Of a stretch of 64,000 nt of DNA, positions 37,733-47,893 are shown in pieces. The notes under the pieces are model-generated. The model saw only the letters and a program-made list of their open reading frames with translations. It ran no database searches and was not told where the DNA came from. Made by a program: the position numbers and the translations under genes. How positions within the stretch are numbered: the stretch's first letter is position 1; each line of letters opens with the position of its first letter. The stretch comes from Pseudomonadota bacterium (GTDB lineage: Bacteria > Desulfobacterota > Binatia > Binatales > Binataceae): contig JAJPHZ010000016.1 in the NCBI GenBank assembly GCA_021325025.1, positions 259,616 through 323,615 on the forward strand. Direction: 5' to 3'.

Positions 37733-37976
37733 CGCGGTACGGATCGCGATGCTCGCCTCATGAGCGAAAATCCGGTCCGTTAGGCATCATACGGGATACC
37801 GCTGGACGAGATAAAGCAAGTACATTGCCCGGATCGATCCGCAGCGTGGAGCCGGATTTGCGAGGCGCAAGAGTTTCCCAAGCGCGCGCCTAAAATGCTA
37901 TGGGAACGATACGCAAACCGGACGCAGCCCGAGCAATTGTAAAAGACACGCTACTGGGCAGGGAGAATTAGAGCCG

Positions 37977-38768
37977 ATGGCGCAGAACTCGCAGGAATGG
38001 CAGGAAGAAACGCTCCGCGTCGATCAAACCGACCTCGTCATCGTCAAGGGTGGCACCGGCAGGCCGCTGCTGGTTTTGCACGATGAACTGGGGCACGCCG
38101 GATGGCTGAAGTGGCATTCGGCGCTGGCGCGCGAGCACACGCTGATGATTCCGCTCCATCCCGGCTTCGGCCGCACTGCCGCTCCGGAGTGGATTCGCAC
38201 CATCCGCGACATGGCCGGACTGTACTCGATTATGCTTCGCCAGCAGAAACTGGCTCCGATCGACGTAATCGGGTTTTCGCTCGGTGGATGGGTCGCGGCT
38301 GAGATGGCGGCGTGCAATCCCGACCAGTTCCGCCGCATGATTCTGGTTGCGCCCAACGGCATCAAGCCCACCCAGGGCGAAATCCGCGATATTTTCCAAA
38401 TGATGGCGCCCGATCAGTTGCGAAACAGCGTGCTGGATTACGAAAACACCGAAGAGTTTGCCAGCCTGTTCGGCGGTATCGGGCCCGAGCAATTCGAACT
38501 GTGGGAGGACGCCCGAGCGCAAACCGCGCGGCTGGCCTGGCAGCCTTATCTGCACAATCCCAGCCTGCCCCATCTACTTGAAGTGGTCGATACGCCGACC
38601 CTGCTGATCTGGGGCAAACAGGACAGCTTCGTGCCGCTCAATGCGGGCGAAATCTATCAGCGCTGCATTCGCGGCTCGCGCCTGGTGGTCTTCGACCAGT
38701 GTGGGCATCGGCCCGAAATCGAGAAGCGGGCCGACTTCCTTCGCGAAACGCAAAGTTTTCTCGCCTAG
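37977..38768 (+). CDS. Alpha/beta hydrolase
   Basis: GFSLGG nucleophile elbow, WGKQD and CGH motifs. Confidence 0.88.
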   Translation: MAQNSQEWQEETLRVDQTDLVIVKGGTGRPLLVLHDELGHAGWLKWHSALAREHTLMIPLHPGFGRTAAPEWIRTIRDMAGLYSIMLRQQKLAPIDVIGFSLGGWVAAEMAACNPDQFRRMILVAPNGIKPTQGEIRDIFQMMAPDQLRNSVLDYENTEEFASLFGGIGPEQFELWEDARAQTARLAWQPYLHNPSLPHLLEVVDTPTLLIWGKQDSFVPLNAGEIYQRCIRGSRLVVFDQCGHRPEIEKRADFLRETQSFLA

Positions 38769-38793
38769 CAGGTGGCAAGTCCTTTGGGAGGCA

Positions 38794-40197
38794 ATGGTTA
38801 TGCATATCAGTTATTTTACTGAGCGCCCCTACCGTTACGTACCCAACGATCTGGTCATCCAGAACGGGTTTTTCGGCAACCCCAACAAATACTTCGACCC
38901 CGTCAAGGGCGGACAATTGCTCAACGAGTACCTTGACGAGAAGCTGCTGGCCGAAGAGCTGGGCTTCGACGGCGTGATGCTCAACGAGCACCACGACACC
39001 TCCTTTTGCATGGGCTCGGTGATGAATGTCGAGGCGGCGGTGCTGGCGCGCATCACCAAAAAGGTCAAGATCGCGCTGCTGGGCAATCCGCTGCCGATCG
39101 TGGGCAATCCACTGCGGCTGGCCGAGGAACTGGCCATGATCGACATGATTTCCGGCGGGCGGCTGGTCAGCGGATGGGTGCGCGGGGGCGGCAGCGAGCA
39201 GTTCGCCAGCAACGCCAATCCCGCCTTCAATCGCGAATACTTCAACGAGGCGCATGAAGTGGTGGTCAAGGCCTGGACCGAACCCGGCCCGTTCCGTTAC
39301 GAGGGCAAACACTTCCACTACCGCTTCATCGACCCCTGGGTGCTGCCGATTCAAAAGCCGCATCCGCCGATCTGGATTCCCGGCCTGCTCAGCCCCGAGA
39401 CCGTGGAATGGTGCGCCGAGCATCGCTACCCCTACATCGCGCTGGCCACCTTCCTGCCGCCCACGGTCGACCTGTGGGATTTCTATCGCGATGCGGCCGC
39501 CAAACAGGGCTACCAGGTCGGGACGGAGAATTTCGGCTATCTGCAAAAGGTCTATGTGGCTGAGAGCGAAGAGAAGGCGCACGAGATCGCCAAGTACGAC
39601 ATGTTCGGCGGTGCCGGCATCGGCTATAGCCTGTTCGGCCAGCCGCAATGGATGTTTCCGCCCGGTTACAACTCCAAGCAGGCCACGCGCAGGATCGCGC
39701 GGCAGTTCACGGCGCCCGACGCCACCCAGGGCAGCCCTTGGGCCAGCGCCGCCGCCGGACAGCGTTCCGCCCACGAGACGCGTCAGAATATCTCCGCCGC
39801 CCAGGTCGAGCATCGCTCCGGCATCTGGGGGCAGACGCGTGACAGCGTCGAATCGACGCGTGGTCAGATCTTCGGTTCGTTCCCGGAAGTGGAGAAACAG
39901 TTCCAGATTATCTGCGGTACGCCGCGCAGTGTCCTGCCCAAGATCCGCAAGGTGCTGGAATGCCTGCGTCCCGGGATTTTCTTCTTCTGGCAGAACGACG
40001 GCCCGATCAAGCGCGAAGACCGCATCTCTAATCTGAAGCTGCTGGGCACCGAAGTGGTGCCCGCCGTGCGCGAGATGGCCAAAGAACTGGATCTCAAGTC
40101 GCCCTTCGAGGTCCAGCCCGGGTCGCGCCCGCTGCCACCCTCGGGCAAGCCCGAATCAGTCGGCTCCCTGCAGCCGCTGGCGGGTATCTTCAACTAG
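38794..40197 (+). CDS. Luciferase-like (LLM) flavin-dependent oxidoreductase
   Basis: GFDGVMLNEHH, RLAEELAMIDMISGGRL and PIQKPHPPIW; GGAGG RBS before ATG 38794/38800. Confidence 0.92.
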   Translation: MVMHISYFTERPYRYVPNDLVIQNGFFGNPNKYFDPVKGGQLLNEYLDEKLLAEELGFDGVMLNEHHDTSFCMGSVMNVEAAVLARITKKVKIALLGNPLPIVGNPLRLAEELAMIDMISGGRLVSGWVRGGGSEQFASNANPAFNREYFNEAHEVVVKAWTEPGPFRYEGKHFHYRFIDPWVLPIQKPHPPIWIPGLLSPETVEWCAEHRYPYIALATFLPPTVDLWDFYRDAAAKQGYQVGTENFGYLQKVYVAESEEKAHEIAKYDMFGGAGIGYSLFGQPQWMFPPGYNSKQATRRIARQFTAPDATQGSPWASAAAGQRSAHETRQNISAAQVEHRSGIWGQTRDSVESTRGQIFGSFPEVEKQFQIICGTPRSVLPKIRKVLECLRPGIFFFWQNDGPIKREDRISNLKLLGTEVVPAVREMAKELDLKSPFEVQPGSRPLPPSGKPESVGSLQPLAGIFN

Positions 40198-40280
40198 CAT
40201 CGCGGCCGCTGACGTCTCCCCGCTCCCACACGTTCGGATGAGGGAGCGGGGTTCGATCTTGATCTGCCAAACGACACAGC

Positions 40281-40403
40281 GGGTCGGGTGTCCTTGTCGG
40301 CCGTTGATGCGCGAGCATTTTGTTGCTGGTGCCGCCGAACCTCTTGCGCCGGCGCGAGCAACAAAATGCTCGTGGGTCATCGGCAGGTACGGACGCCTGG
40401 CCC
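40281..40403. repeat. Long inverted repeat (REP/MITE-like hairpin, possible bidirectional terminator)
   Basis: Perfect 16-bp arms cgagcattttgttgct (40312-40327) and agcaacaaaatgctcg (40357-40372); outer arms 40281-40293 and 40391-40403 pair if G:U is allowed. Confidence 0.75.
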
Positions 40404-40419
40404 TCCAAGCCGTGCGTCG

Positions 40420-40647
40420 TTATCCGGCAGTCCGCACCCTGGAGTTGGTGCGCGGCTTGACGCCCGACATCCGCCGCTTGCACCAGTTGCGAATCTCGGC
40501 AGTCATGAACCGCCAGTCGCTGCCGACTTTGAAGGCCGGCAACTCGCCACGCTTGAGCAAGCGGTAGATAGTGGATTGATTGCAGTGCAAATACTCGCTC
40601 AAGTCTTTGACGGTCATGACCTCGCCGATCGTCTCTTTGTTCGGCAT
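40420..40647 (-). CDS. Small excisionase-like (HTH_17) DNA-binding protein
   Basis: MTVKDLSEYLHCNQSTIYRLLKRGELPAFKVGSDWRF; AGGAGG upstream of ATG 40647. Confidence 0.88.
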   Translation of the reverse strand: MPNKETIGEVMTVKDLSEYLHCNQSTIYRLLKRGELPAFKVGSDWRFMTAEIRNWCKRRMSGVKPRTNSRVRTAG

Positions 40648-40961
40648 CTTCTCAAACCTCCTGTTTCCGCCGCTGCTTCGTTCAAGGCCAGTTAAAAGAC
40701 TAATGGGGAAAAGCTGCCAACCAAGACACCGAGGTAAGTGCCTCTCTCCACCCAAAGCGAAATATTCGAAAGCTAGGAAAAAACCTCGCTACAAGTCAAT
40801 ACTAAAGAAACAACTAACATAATAAAGACCACCAAAACAAACACTTCTGCCAGTCGTTTTTCCCCAGTCCCCGCATGATTGCAAAACAAAGTTCTGAAAA
40901 AAAGCCAATCAGGATGGCCGAAAGATGTTTACTGATTGATTTTAGAAAAGATGGCCGACAT

Positions 40962-42128
40962 TTAAGAACCGGCGTTGCGCGGCGGTTTGCCGGTGTAGAA
41001 TCGGGCGATTGCGTCCACCACCGCATGCTGCTGCTGCTCGGAGAGCTCCGGGAACAGAGGCAGCGCCAGAACTTCGCGGCAGGCGCGCTCCGCCTGTGGG
41101 AACTGGCCATCGCGATAGCCGAGGCCGGCAAAGGCGGGTTGTAGATGCAGCGGCGAGGGATAATAAATCTGCGTGGGAATGCCAGCAGCGGTGAGAAAAT
41201 CGCGCAGTTCGTCGCGCCTGGGGCATCGCACCACGAACTGATTGTAGACATGCTCGCGGCCGGGTGGTTCGGCAGGCAAGCCGACGAGCGACTCCAGCCC
41301 ACAGTCCGCGAACAACGTCCGGTAGCGCTCGGCGCACAGCCGGCGCTGCGTGGTCCATCGGTCGAGGTGTTTGAGCTTGACTCGCAGGATCGCTGCCTGA
41401 ATTTCGTCCAGCCTGCTGTTAAGGCCCAGCAGTTCGTGGCGATAGGCGCTGCGGGTGCCGTGCTCCCGCAGCATCCGGAGGCGTTCGGCCAGAGCGGCAT
41501 CGGCGGCCGTGACCAGCCCGCCGTCGCCGGCGCCGCCGAGGTTCTTGGAAGGATAGAAACTGAAGCATCCCGCCGCGCCCAGCGCGCCTGTACGTCTGCC
41601 GCCGCATCGGGCACCAATGGCTTGGGCGGCATCCTCCACGACGGCGATCGAACGCGGCCCGGCCAGCGCCAGAATCGGCGCCATGTCGGCAGGCAGGCCG
41701 AACAGATGCACCGCGACAATCGCGCGGGTGGAGTCCGTGATAGCGGCGGCGATCGCGTCGGGATCGAGGTTGTAGGTGCGCGGCTCGATGTCGGCGAACA
41801 CCGCTTTGGCGCCGATGCGTGCAATGGCGGCGGCGGTGGCAAAAAACGTGAATGGGGTGGTGATCACCTCGTCGCCGGGGCCGATTCCCAGCGCCATCAG
41901 GGCGAGCAGCAGCGCATCGGAACCCGAGGCGCATCCGATCGCCGCACCGACGCTGACATAAGCCGCGACCTCCTGCTCGAAGCGCTCCACCTCCGGTCCG
42001 ATGATGAACTGCTGGCGCTCCATCACCGCCGCGATCGCAGCCATCACCTCGGCGCGGATTTCCGCAAACTGTGCGCGCAGATCGACAAACGGCATCAGCA
42101 TCGGCGGTGTGTCGTCGCGCGTCGTCAT
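40962..42128 (-). CDS. DegT/DnrJ/EryC1/StrS PLP-dependent sugar aminotransferase
   Basis: PFTFFAT, VHLFG, EDAAQA, SFYPSKNLGGAGDGG and NSRLDEIQA motifs. Confidence 0.95.
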   Translation of the reverse strand: MTTRDDTPPMLMPFVDLRAQFAEIRAEVMAAIAAVMERQQFIIGPEVERFEQEVAAYVSVGAAIGCASGSDALLLALMALGIGPGDEVITTPFTFFATAAAIARIGAKAVFADIEPRTYNLDPDAIAAAITDSTRAIVAVHLFGLPADMAPILALAGPRSIAVVEDAAQAIGARCGGRRTGALGAAGCFSFYPSKNLGGAGDGGLVTAADAALAERLRMLREHGTRSAYRHELLGLNSRLDEIQAAILRVKLKHLDRWTTQRRLCAERYRTLFADCGLESLVGLPAEPPGREHVYNQFVVRCPRRDELRDFLTAAGIPTQIYYPSPLHLQPAFAGLGYRDGQFPQAERACREVLALPLFPELSEQQQHAVVDAIARFYTGKPPRNAGS

Positions 42129-42223
42129 GGAAATTATCCGAACGTCTCCACCCTAGCCTGTGCGGCGCAGCGAGGGGAGAGATGCGATAGCGGCGCCTGG
42201 CGGGGTGCCTGCGCGTGGGATGC

Positions 42224-44443
42224 CTATTGCGGCCCTTCCAGCCACAGCACGCCGAGCGGGGGCAGGGTGAAGGCTGCGGAATAGTCCAGGCCGTGCGACC
42301 AGATGGGTTGAGCGTGAACACCGCCGCCGTTGCCGACGTTGCTGCCGCCGTACAGATGGCTGTCGGTGTTGAGGATTTCGCGATAGAAACCGGGACCGGG
42401 CAGGCCCAGGCGATGGTCGTAGCGCACCACCGGCGAGAAGTTGCAGATGCAGACAATCTTGCGCGAGGTACCCGGCGCAAAGCGGATGAAGGCGATCACG
42501 TTGTCGTCGGCGTCGTCCGCGTCGATCCATCGAAAGCCCGCCGGCTCCACGTCCGCAATCCATAGCGCCGGCTCGGCGCGGTAAATGCGGTTGAGGTCGC
42601 GCACCAGGGCCTGGAGCTGGCGATGCTCGGGCTGGTCGAGCAGATGCCAGTCCAGGCTGTGATCGTGGTTCCATTCGCGCTCCTGGCCGAACTCGCCGCC
42701 CATGAACAGCAGCTTCTTGCCCGGCCGCGCCCACATGTAGGCGTACAGCGCGCGCAAGTTGGCGAACTTCTGCCAGCGGTCGCCCGGCATCTTGGCGTAC
42801 ATCGAGCCCTTGCCGTAGACCACTTCGTCGTGCGACAGCGGCAGGATGAAGTTCTCGCTGTAGGCGTAAAGCAGGCCGAAGCTGAGGTCGCGATGGTGGA
42901 AGCGGCGATGGACGGGGTCCTTGGAAAAATATTCCAGCGTGTCATGCATCCAGCCCATGTCCCACTTAAGCCCGAAGCCCAGCCCGCCGACGTAGGTCGG
43001 GCGGCTGACCGCGGGCCAGTCGGTGGATTCCTCGGCGATCATCATGATGCCCGGTTCGCGCCCGTAGGCGCGCTGATTTAACGCGCGCAGCAGGCTTATC
43101 GCTTCGAGATTCTCCCGCCCGCCGTGCACGTTGGGAACCCATTGTCCCGCGCGCTTGCCGTAGTCCAGGTACAGCATCGAGGCGACCGCGTCCACCCGCA
43201 ATCCATCGGCATGATATTCCGACAACCAGTACAGGGCGCTGCTGATCAGGAACTCGCGCACCTCCTCGCGCCCGTAATTGAAGACATAGGTGCCCCAGTC
43301 GGGATGCTCGCCCTGGCGGGGGTCCAGATGCTCGTACAGGGCGGTACCGTCGAAGCGGCCCAACGCGAATTCGTCCTTGGGAAAATGCGCGGGTACCCAG
43401 TCCAGGATCACCCCAATGCCGCATCGATGCAGGTAATCGATCAGGTAGCGGAAGTCGTCGGGCGTGCCGTAGCGCGCAGTGGGCGCGAAGTAGCTTGTCA
43501 CCTGGTAGCCCCATGACCCGGTAAACGGATGCTCCATTACCGGCAGCAGCTCGACGTGCGTAAATCCCATCTCGGTCAGATAATCCGCCAGCATCGGCGC
43601 CAACTCGCGGTAGGTAAGCGGGCGATAACCCTGCTCGGGAACCCTGCGCCAGGAGCCCAGATGCATCTCGTAGATGGCCAGCGGCTGACGCAGCACATCG
43701 CGCGTGCGCCGCGCCTGCATCCACTGATCGTCGGAGAACTGAAAATTGGGCCGGTAAACCACCGACGCGGTCGCCGGCGGATGCTCGGTGGCCTTGGAAT
43801 AGGGGTCGGCCTTGAGATGGTAGCCGCCGGCTGCAAAGCGGATCTCGAACTTGTAGCGCTCGCCCGGTGCAAGGCCGGGGATGAACAGCTCCCAGATACC
43901 CGAGCTGCCCAACTGACGCATCATGTGCGTGCGGCCGTCCCAATGGTTGAAATCGCCCACCACGCTGACGCCGCGCGCGTTGGGTGCCCACACCGCAAAC
44001 GCCACACCCGCCACGCCGTCGATCTCGCGCACGTTGGCGCCCAGCTTCTCCCACGGGCGCTCCATCGTCTGCTCGCCCAGCAGGTAGAGGTCCATCTCGC
44101 TTAGCGTGGGCAGAAAGCAGTAGGGGTCGCGCACGCTGAGGGTCGTGCCGTTGCGCAGCGCCAGTTCGAATCGGTAGGAAAAGGGCGGCGCCGCGCCTTC
44201 GACCAGCGCCTCGAACAGGTCGGTGCCCTCCCGCCGCGTCATCGCCAGGCGCAAGCTATCGCGTACGACGAGCTCGATCGCTTCAGCGTCGGGCCGATAG
44301 GCGCGAACCGTGGTCCCAAAGGGCCCGGGATGGGCGCCGAGAATCGAGTGCGGATCGGGATGGCTCAGCGCGAACAGCCGCGCCAGGTCCGCCGCCGAGG
44401 GCGCCCCGTCAACCCGCGTATCCTGTAGCGCAGTCGCACTCAT
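42224..44443 (-). CDS. glgB: 1,4-alpha-glucan branching enzyme
   Basis: WAPNA, YEMHLGSW, SWGYQ, DWVPAHFP, DGLRVDAVASM, AEES and LSHDEVV motifs. Confidence 0.97.
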   Translation of the reverse strand: MSATALQDTRVDGAPSAADLARLFALSHPDPHSILGAHPGPFGTTVRAYRPDAEAIELVVRDSLRLAMTRREGTDLFEALVEGAAPPFSYRFELALRNGTTLSVRDPYCFLPTLSEMDLYLLGEQTMERPWEKLGANVREIDGVAGVAFAVWAPNARGVSVVGDFNHWDGRTHMMRQLGSSGIWELFIPGLAPGERYKFEIRFAAGGYHLKADPYSKATEHPPATASVVYRPNFQFSDDQWMQARRTRDVLRQPLAIYEMHLGSWRRVPEQGYRPLTYRELAPMLADYLTEMGFTHVELLPVMEHPFTGSWGYQVTSYFAPTARYGTPDDFRYLIDYLHRCGIGVILDWVPAHFPKDEFALGRFDGTALYEHLDPRQGEHPDWGTYVFNYGREEVREFLISSALYWLSEYHADGLRVDAVASMLYLDYGKRAGQWVPNVHGGRENLEAISLLRALNQRAYGREPGIMMIAEESTDWPAVSRPTYVGGLGFGLKWDMGWMHDTLEYFSKDPVHRRFHHRDLSFGLLYAYSENFILPLSHDEVVYGKGSMYAKMPGDRWQKFANLRALYAYMWARPGKKLLFMGGEFGQEREWNHDHSLDWHLLDQPEHRQLQALVRDLNRIYRAEPALWIADVEPAGFRWIDADDADDNVIAFIRFAPGTSRKIVCICNFSPVVRYDHRLGLPGPGFYREILNTDSHLYGGSNVGNGGGVHAQPIWSHGLDYSAAFTLPPLGVLWLEGPQ

Positions 44444-44583
44444 AATCCGTCAACCGTCACCCTTATCTTAACGGCCCGCCCAAAGCTGCGCGAGCAAGTC
44501 GGTTCGCATCGCCCCCGACGCTTGCGGCGGAGGCGCGCCGGATGTAGGACTGCGCTCAGCAGCATCAGGTAGGAGGGCGTTCG

Positions 44584-45522
44584 ATGGCGGGCAGTCGGCT
44601 GGAGTTCGGGTTTGGCGTTTTTCCCTACAGTTACGTATCTTTTGCCGAGATGGCGGACTTGGCGAAGCTGGGCGACGCGCTCGGCTACGATGCCTTCACC
44701 TTGCCCGAGCATCTGCTGACGCCCAACTGGCCGCAAGCGCCGATTTCCACCAAGTACTGGTACGACACCGCGGTGATCGGCTCGTATATTGCGGCCGTCA
44801 CCAGCCGCATCAAACTGCTGACCAGCGTCAGCGTCGTGCCCTACCATCCGCCCGTGCAGATGGCCAAGACGCTGGCCACGCTGGACGTCGTGTCCGACGG
44901 GCGCGTGCGCTACGGCGTGGGCAGCGGATGGATGAAGGCGGAATTCCGCCGCCTGGGAATCCCGTTTCGGGAACGCGCCGCGATTACCGAGGAATATCTG
45001 CGCGCGATGAAGGAGCTGTGGACCGCGGACGCGCCGCGTTTTGCGGGCAAGTACGTTTCCTTCGACGACGTCGCCGCGTTTCCCAAGCCGGTGCAAAAGG
45101 GCGGCATCCCGATTTATATCGGCGGCTTCGGCGAGGGACCGTTTCGGCGCGTCGCAACTTTGGGCGACGGATGGATTCCGATGAGCCTGTCGCCCAAGGA
45201 TGTCGTCAGGGGACTGGGGCAGATCCGGGCGCTGATGGAAAAACAGGGGCGCGACCCGCAAGCGCTGTTTGTCGGCGTGAGCGGCGGGTTGGACATCGGC
45301 GTCGGCGAGACGCGCAAATGGCAGCACGACGTGCTGGGCGAGCACAGCCCGGTGGAGATGCCGCCGCCGGTGGAATCGATCCGCCAGGCGGTGGATGTGG
45401 CCGGCGAGTACCAACGCGCCGGCGCCACCTACATGTCGGTGGCGTTTAGGTGGCGCACGGCCGCGGAACTGGCCGACAAGCTGGAGCAATTCGCCCGCGA
45501 AGTCATGCCCGCCTTCCGCTGA
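44584..45522 (+). CDS. LLM-class (probable F420-dependent) oxidoreductase
   Basis: PEH, AKTLATLDVVSDGR, GVGSGWMKAEF, PKPVQ and GDGW motifs. Confidence 0.88.
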   Translation: MAGSRLEFGFGVFPYSYVSFAEMADLAKLGDALGYDAFTLPEHLLTPNWPQAPISTKYWYDTAVIGSYIAAVTSRIKLLTSVSVVPYHPPVQMAKTLATLDVVSDGRVRYGVGSGWMKAEFRRLGIPFRERAAITEEYLRAMKELWTADAPRFAGKYVSFDDVAAFPKPVQKGGIPIYIGGFGEGPFRRVATLGDGWIPMSLSPKDVVRGLGQIRALMEKQGRDPQALFVGVSGGLDIGVGETRKWQHDVLGEHSPVEMPPPVESIRQAVDVAGEYQRAGATYMSVAFRWRTAAELADKLEQFAREVMPAFR

Positions 45523-45651
45523 AGTTGTGGGCGCTGGGCTGCGGATCAGGTCCGTAGCTGCGCCAACAATTTGATGGTTTTCACCAGGTGGCGCGAGCAG
45601 AATATGCACCAACGCCTGTCCCGCTGACTTTTTGCTGGTCGGCCGTCGAGC

Positions 45652-46677
45652 TCATTTGCTGCCTGATATCGTGACGGTCCACACTCCGGGCGATTCCTCC
45701 TGCAGCTCGATGCCGACCTCGACGAAACGGCGGATCACTTCGACGTTGGTCGTGGTATGCAGGGTGGGCGGGCCGGTGCGGAAGCGGCCCTGACGCGCGA
45801 GCGCAAGCGGCACCAGCAGTTGGTCAGCCAGATGCGGGCCGACCGGTACGCCCGACTCCAGGTAGGCCAGCGCCTGACGCGCGGCTGTCTCCGCGACCGT
45901 TTCGGCGCGCACGCCGCGCGCGCCGAATCCGGTGAAGACTTCGGTGTGAGAGGCGGTCTCGACCTCGACCATCACCGCGTTGCCCGGCCCTGGACCGCCG
46001 CGGATTTCTTGCGCCACCGCGTCATCGCGTGAAATCGGCAGCATCCGCCGCACCACCTTCAGTTCGCGCTCGGCAATCGACAGCGGCAGGTTGACGACGA
46101 GCGCGCGGGCACGCAGCGCGCGAATCGCGCCGCGGTCCATCAATTCAAGCCCCTTAAGCTCGGCGGCCGGGGTGATCTCGACCGCAAAACGGCCGCCGCC
46201 GGCCGGATAAAATCCCGGACGTTGCAGTTCGGCCGCAACCTTCGCGCCCATCCGATTGATCAGCGGCAGGAACGACTTGGCCAGAAAGTCAAAGGGTGGC
46301 GCAGCCGGATTGTGGGTCCCGCCTTCGAGCATCAGCCGCGACGGCGCTGGCGCAACAATCAGGGCGGGAAGCACGGTTTGCAGCACCAGCGTCGTGCTGC
46401 CCGCGGTGCCGACCGTGAATGCGAACTCGCCGGCGCGGATGGCGTTCGGCCTGAAGGTCAGCGTCGCCGATCCCAGCGCTGCGCCCTCGACGGCGGCGCC
46501 GCAAATCTCCGCCGCCGCCTTGACGGCGGCCAGATGCTGGCGCAGCAGACCCGGACGCGCGCGCGCCGCGCGAATGTGCTCGATGCGAAATGGCGTGCGC
46601 GTCACCGCCGACAGCGCCAGCGCGGTGCGCAGAATCTGGCCGCCCCCTTCCCCTATCGAGCCGTCGATGGTCAGCAT
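45652..46677 (-). CDS. rtcA: RNA 3'-terminal phosphate cyclase
   Basis: DGSIGEGGGQILRTAL, PGLLRQH, GGTHNP, GFYPAGGG, HLADQL and TLHTTTN motifs. Confidence 0.96.
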   Translation of the reverse strand: MLTIDGSIGEGGGQILRTALALSAVTRTPFRIEHIRAARARPGLLRQHLAAVKAAAEICGAAVEGAALGSATLTFRPNAIRAGEFAFTVGTAGSTTLVLQTVLPALIVAPAPSRLMLEGGTHNPAAPPFDFLAKSFLPLINRMGAKVAAELQRPGFYPAGGGRFAVEITPAAELKGLELMDRGAIRALRARALVVNLPLSIAERELKVVRRMLPISRDDAVAQEIRGGPGPGNAVMVEVETASHTEVFTGFGARGVRAETVAETAARQALAYLESGVPVGPHLADQLLVPLALARQGRFRTGPPTLHTTTNVEVIRRFVEVGIELQEESPGVWTVTISGSK

Positions 46678-46801
46678 GTTTTTGCGTCCGCGTAAGATGA
46701 GGCTGACACTTTTCGGCGACGCGTAAAAGTGCGGCGCAATGGTCGACGCGATTGGAACGTTGCGCTAGCAATAGGCAAATTCGTTCGCCAGAGGACCGCC
46801 A

Positions 46802-47893
46802 ATGAAGGCTGCGATTTTCCATCAACCGGGACAGCCCCACAGCTTCGAGGAAGTCGACATCGACCAGCCCCAGGGCCGCGAAGTGCTGGTGCGCACCGCG
46901 GCGTGCGGTGTGTGCCACAGCGACGCGTCGGTGGCCGAGGGCAAGGTGCCCGTACCGACGCCGATGATCCTCGGCCATGAGCCGGCAGGAATTGTCGAGG
47001 CAGTCGGCGCCGACGTCACCGAACTCAAACCCGGCGATCACGTAATCGCGCGCCTGGGGCTTTATTGCGGGCGCTGCCCGCATTGCCTGTCGGGCCATCC
47101 CAACCGATGCAACAATCGGGCGGCGATGCAGCGCCGGCCCGGCCAGCGGCCGCGGATGCTGTATCGGGGCAACCAGATTACCGGCGTCACCGGCGACGGG
47201 GCCGGTTTCGCGGAAAAGATGCTCACTCATGAGCACGGCTTCGTGAAGATCCCCGACGACGTGCCGCTGGAGGCTGCGGCGCTGGTCGGATGCGCGGTTG
47301 TGACGGGTGTCGGCGCGGTGCTCAACACCGCCAAGGTCGAGCCTGGTGCGACGGTCGCGGTGTTCGGTGCGGGCGGAATTGGCCTGTCCGCGATTCAAGG
47401 CGCGCGGCTTGCCGGGGCGCGGCGGATTATTGCGGTCGATGTCAACGAGAGCAAGCTGGCCGCGGCCAGGCGCTTTGGCGCCACGCATACAGTGGATGCG
47501 TCGTCGGGCGATCCGGTCGAGGCGATAAGGAAGCTCAGCGGGGGCGACGGCGTGGACTATGCCTTCGAGGCGATCGGGCTCAAGCAGACTGCCGAGCAAT
47601 GTATCGCGAGTCTGACAGTGGGCGGCGTCGCGACGATTATTGGCATGATGGGCGCAGGCCAGAAGATCGAGATCGACGCGATGAGCCTGATGGCGGAAAA
47701 GCGCGTGCAGGGATGCCTGATGGGCTCGGTGCGCTTTCCGATCGACGCGCCGCGTTACATCGAGTTTTACAGGCAGGGACGGCTGTTGCTCGACGAGATG
47801 GTGACGCGGCGCATCCGCCTGGAGCAGCTCGACGACGCGTTCGCCGCGATCAATCGCGGCGAAGTGCTGCGCAGCGTCATCATGTTCCAGTAG
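46802..47893 (+). CDS. Zn-dependent alcohol dehydrogenase (class III/MDR)
   Basis: GVCHSD, LGHE, CGRCPHC..C, GCAVVTG and GAGGIG motifs. Confidence 0.94.
   Translation: MKAAIFHQPGQPHSFEEVDIDQPQGREVLVRTAACGVCHSDASVAEGKVPVPTPMILGHEPAGIVEAVGADVTELKPGDHVIARLGLYCGRCPHCLSGHPNRCNNRAAMQRRPGQRPRMLYRGNQITGVTGDGAGFAEKMLTHEHGFVKIPDDVPLEAAALVGCAVVTGVGAVLNTAKVEPGATVAVFGAGGIGLSAIQGARLAGARRIIAVDVNESKLAAARRFGATHTVDASSGDPVEAIRKLSGGDGVDYAFEAIGLKQTAEQCIASLTVGGVATIIGMMGAGQKIEIDAMSLMAEKRVQGCLMGSVRFPIDAPRYIEFYRQGRLLLDEMVTRRIRLEQLDDAFAAINRGEVLRSVIMFQ

Noticed and set aside
40420-40647. Prophage or ICE boundary suggested by the excisionase-like gene
   Set aside because: No integrase, tRNA, att repeat or phage gene in the window.
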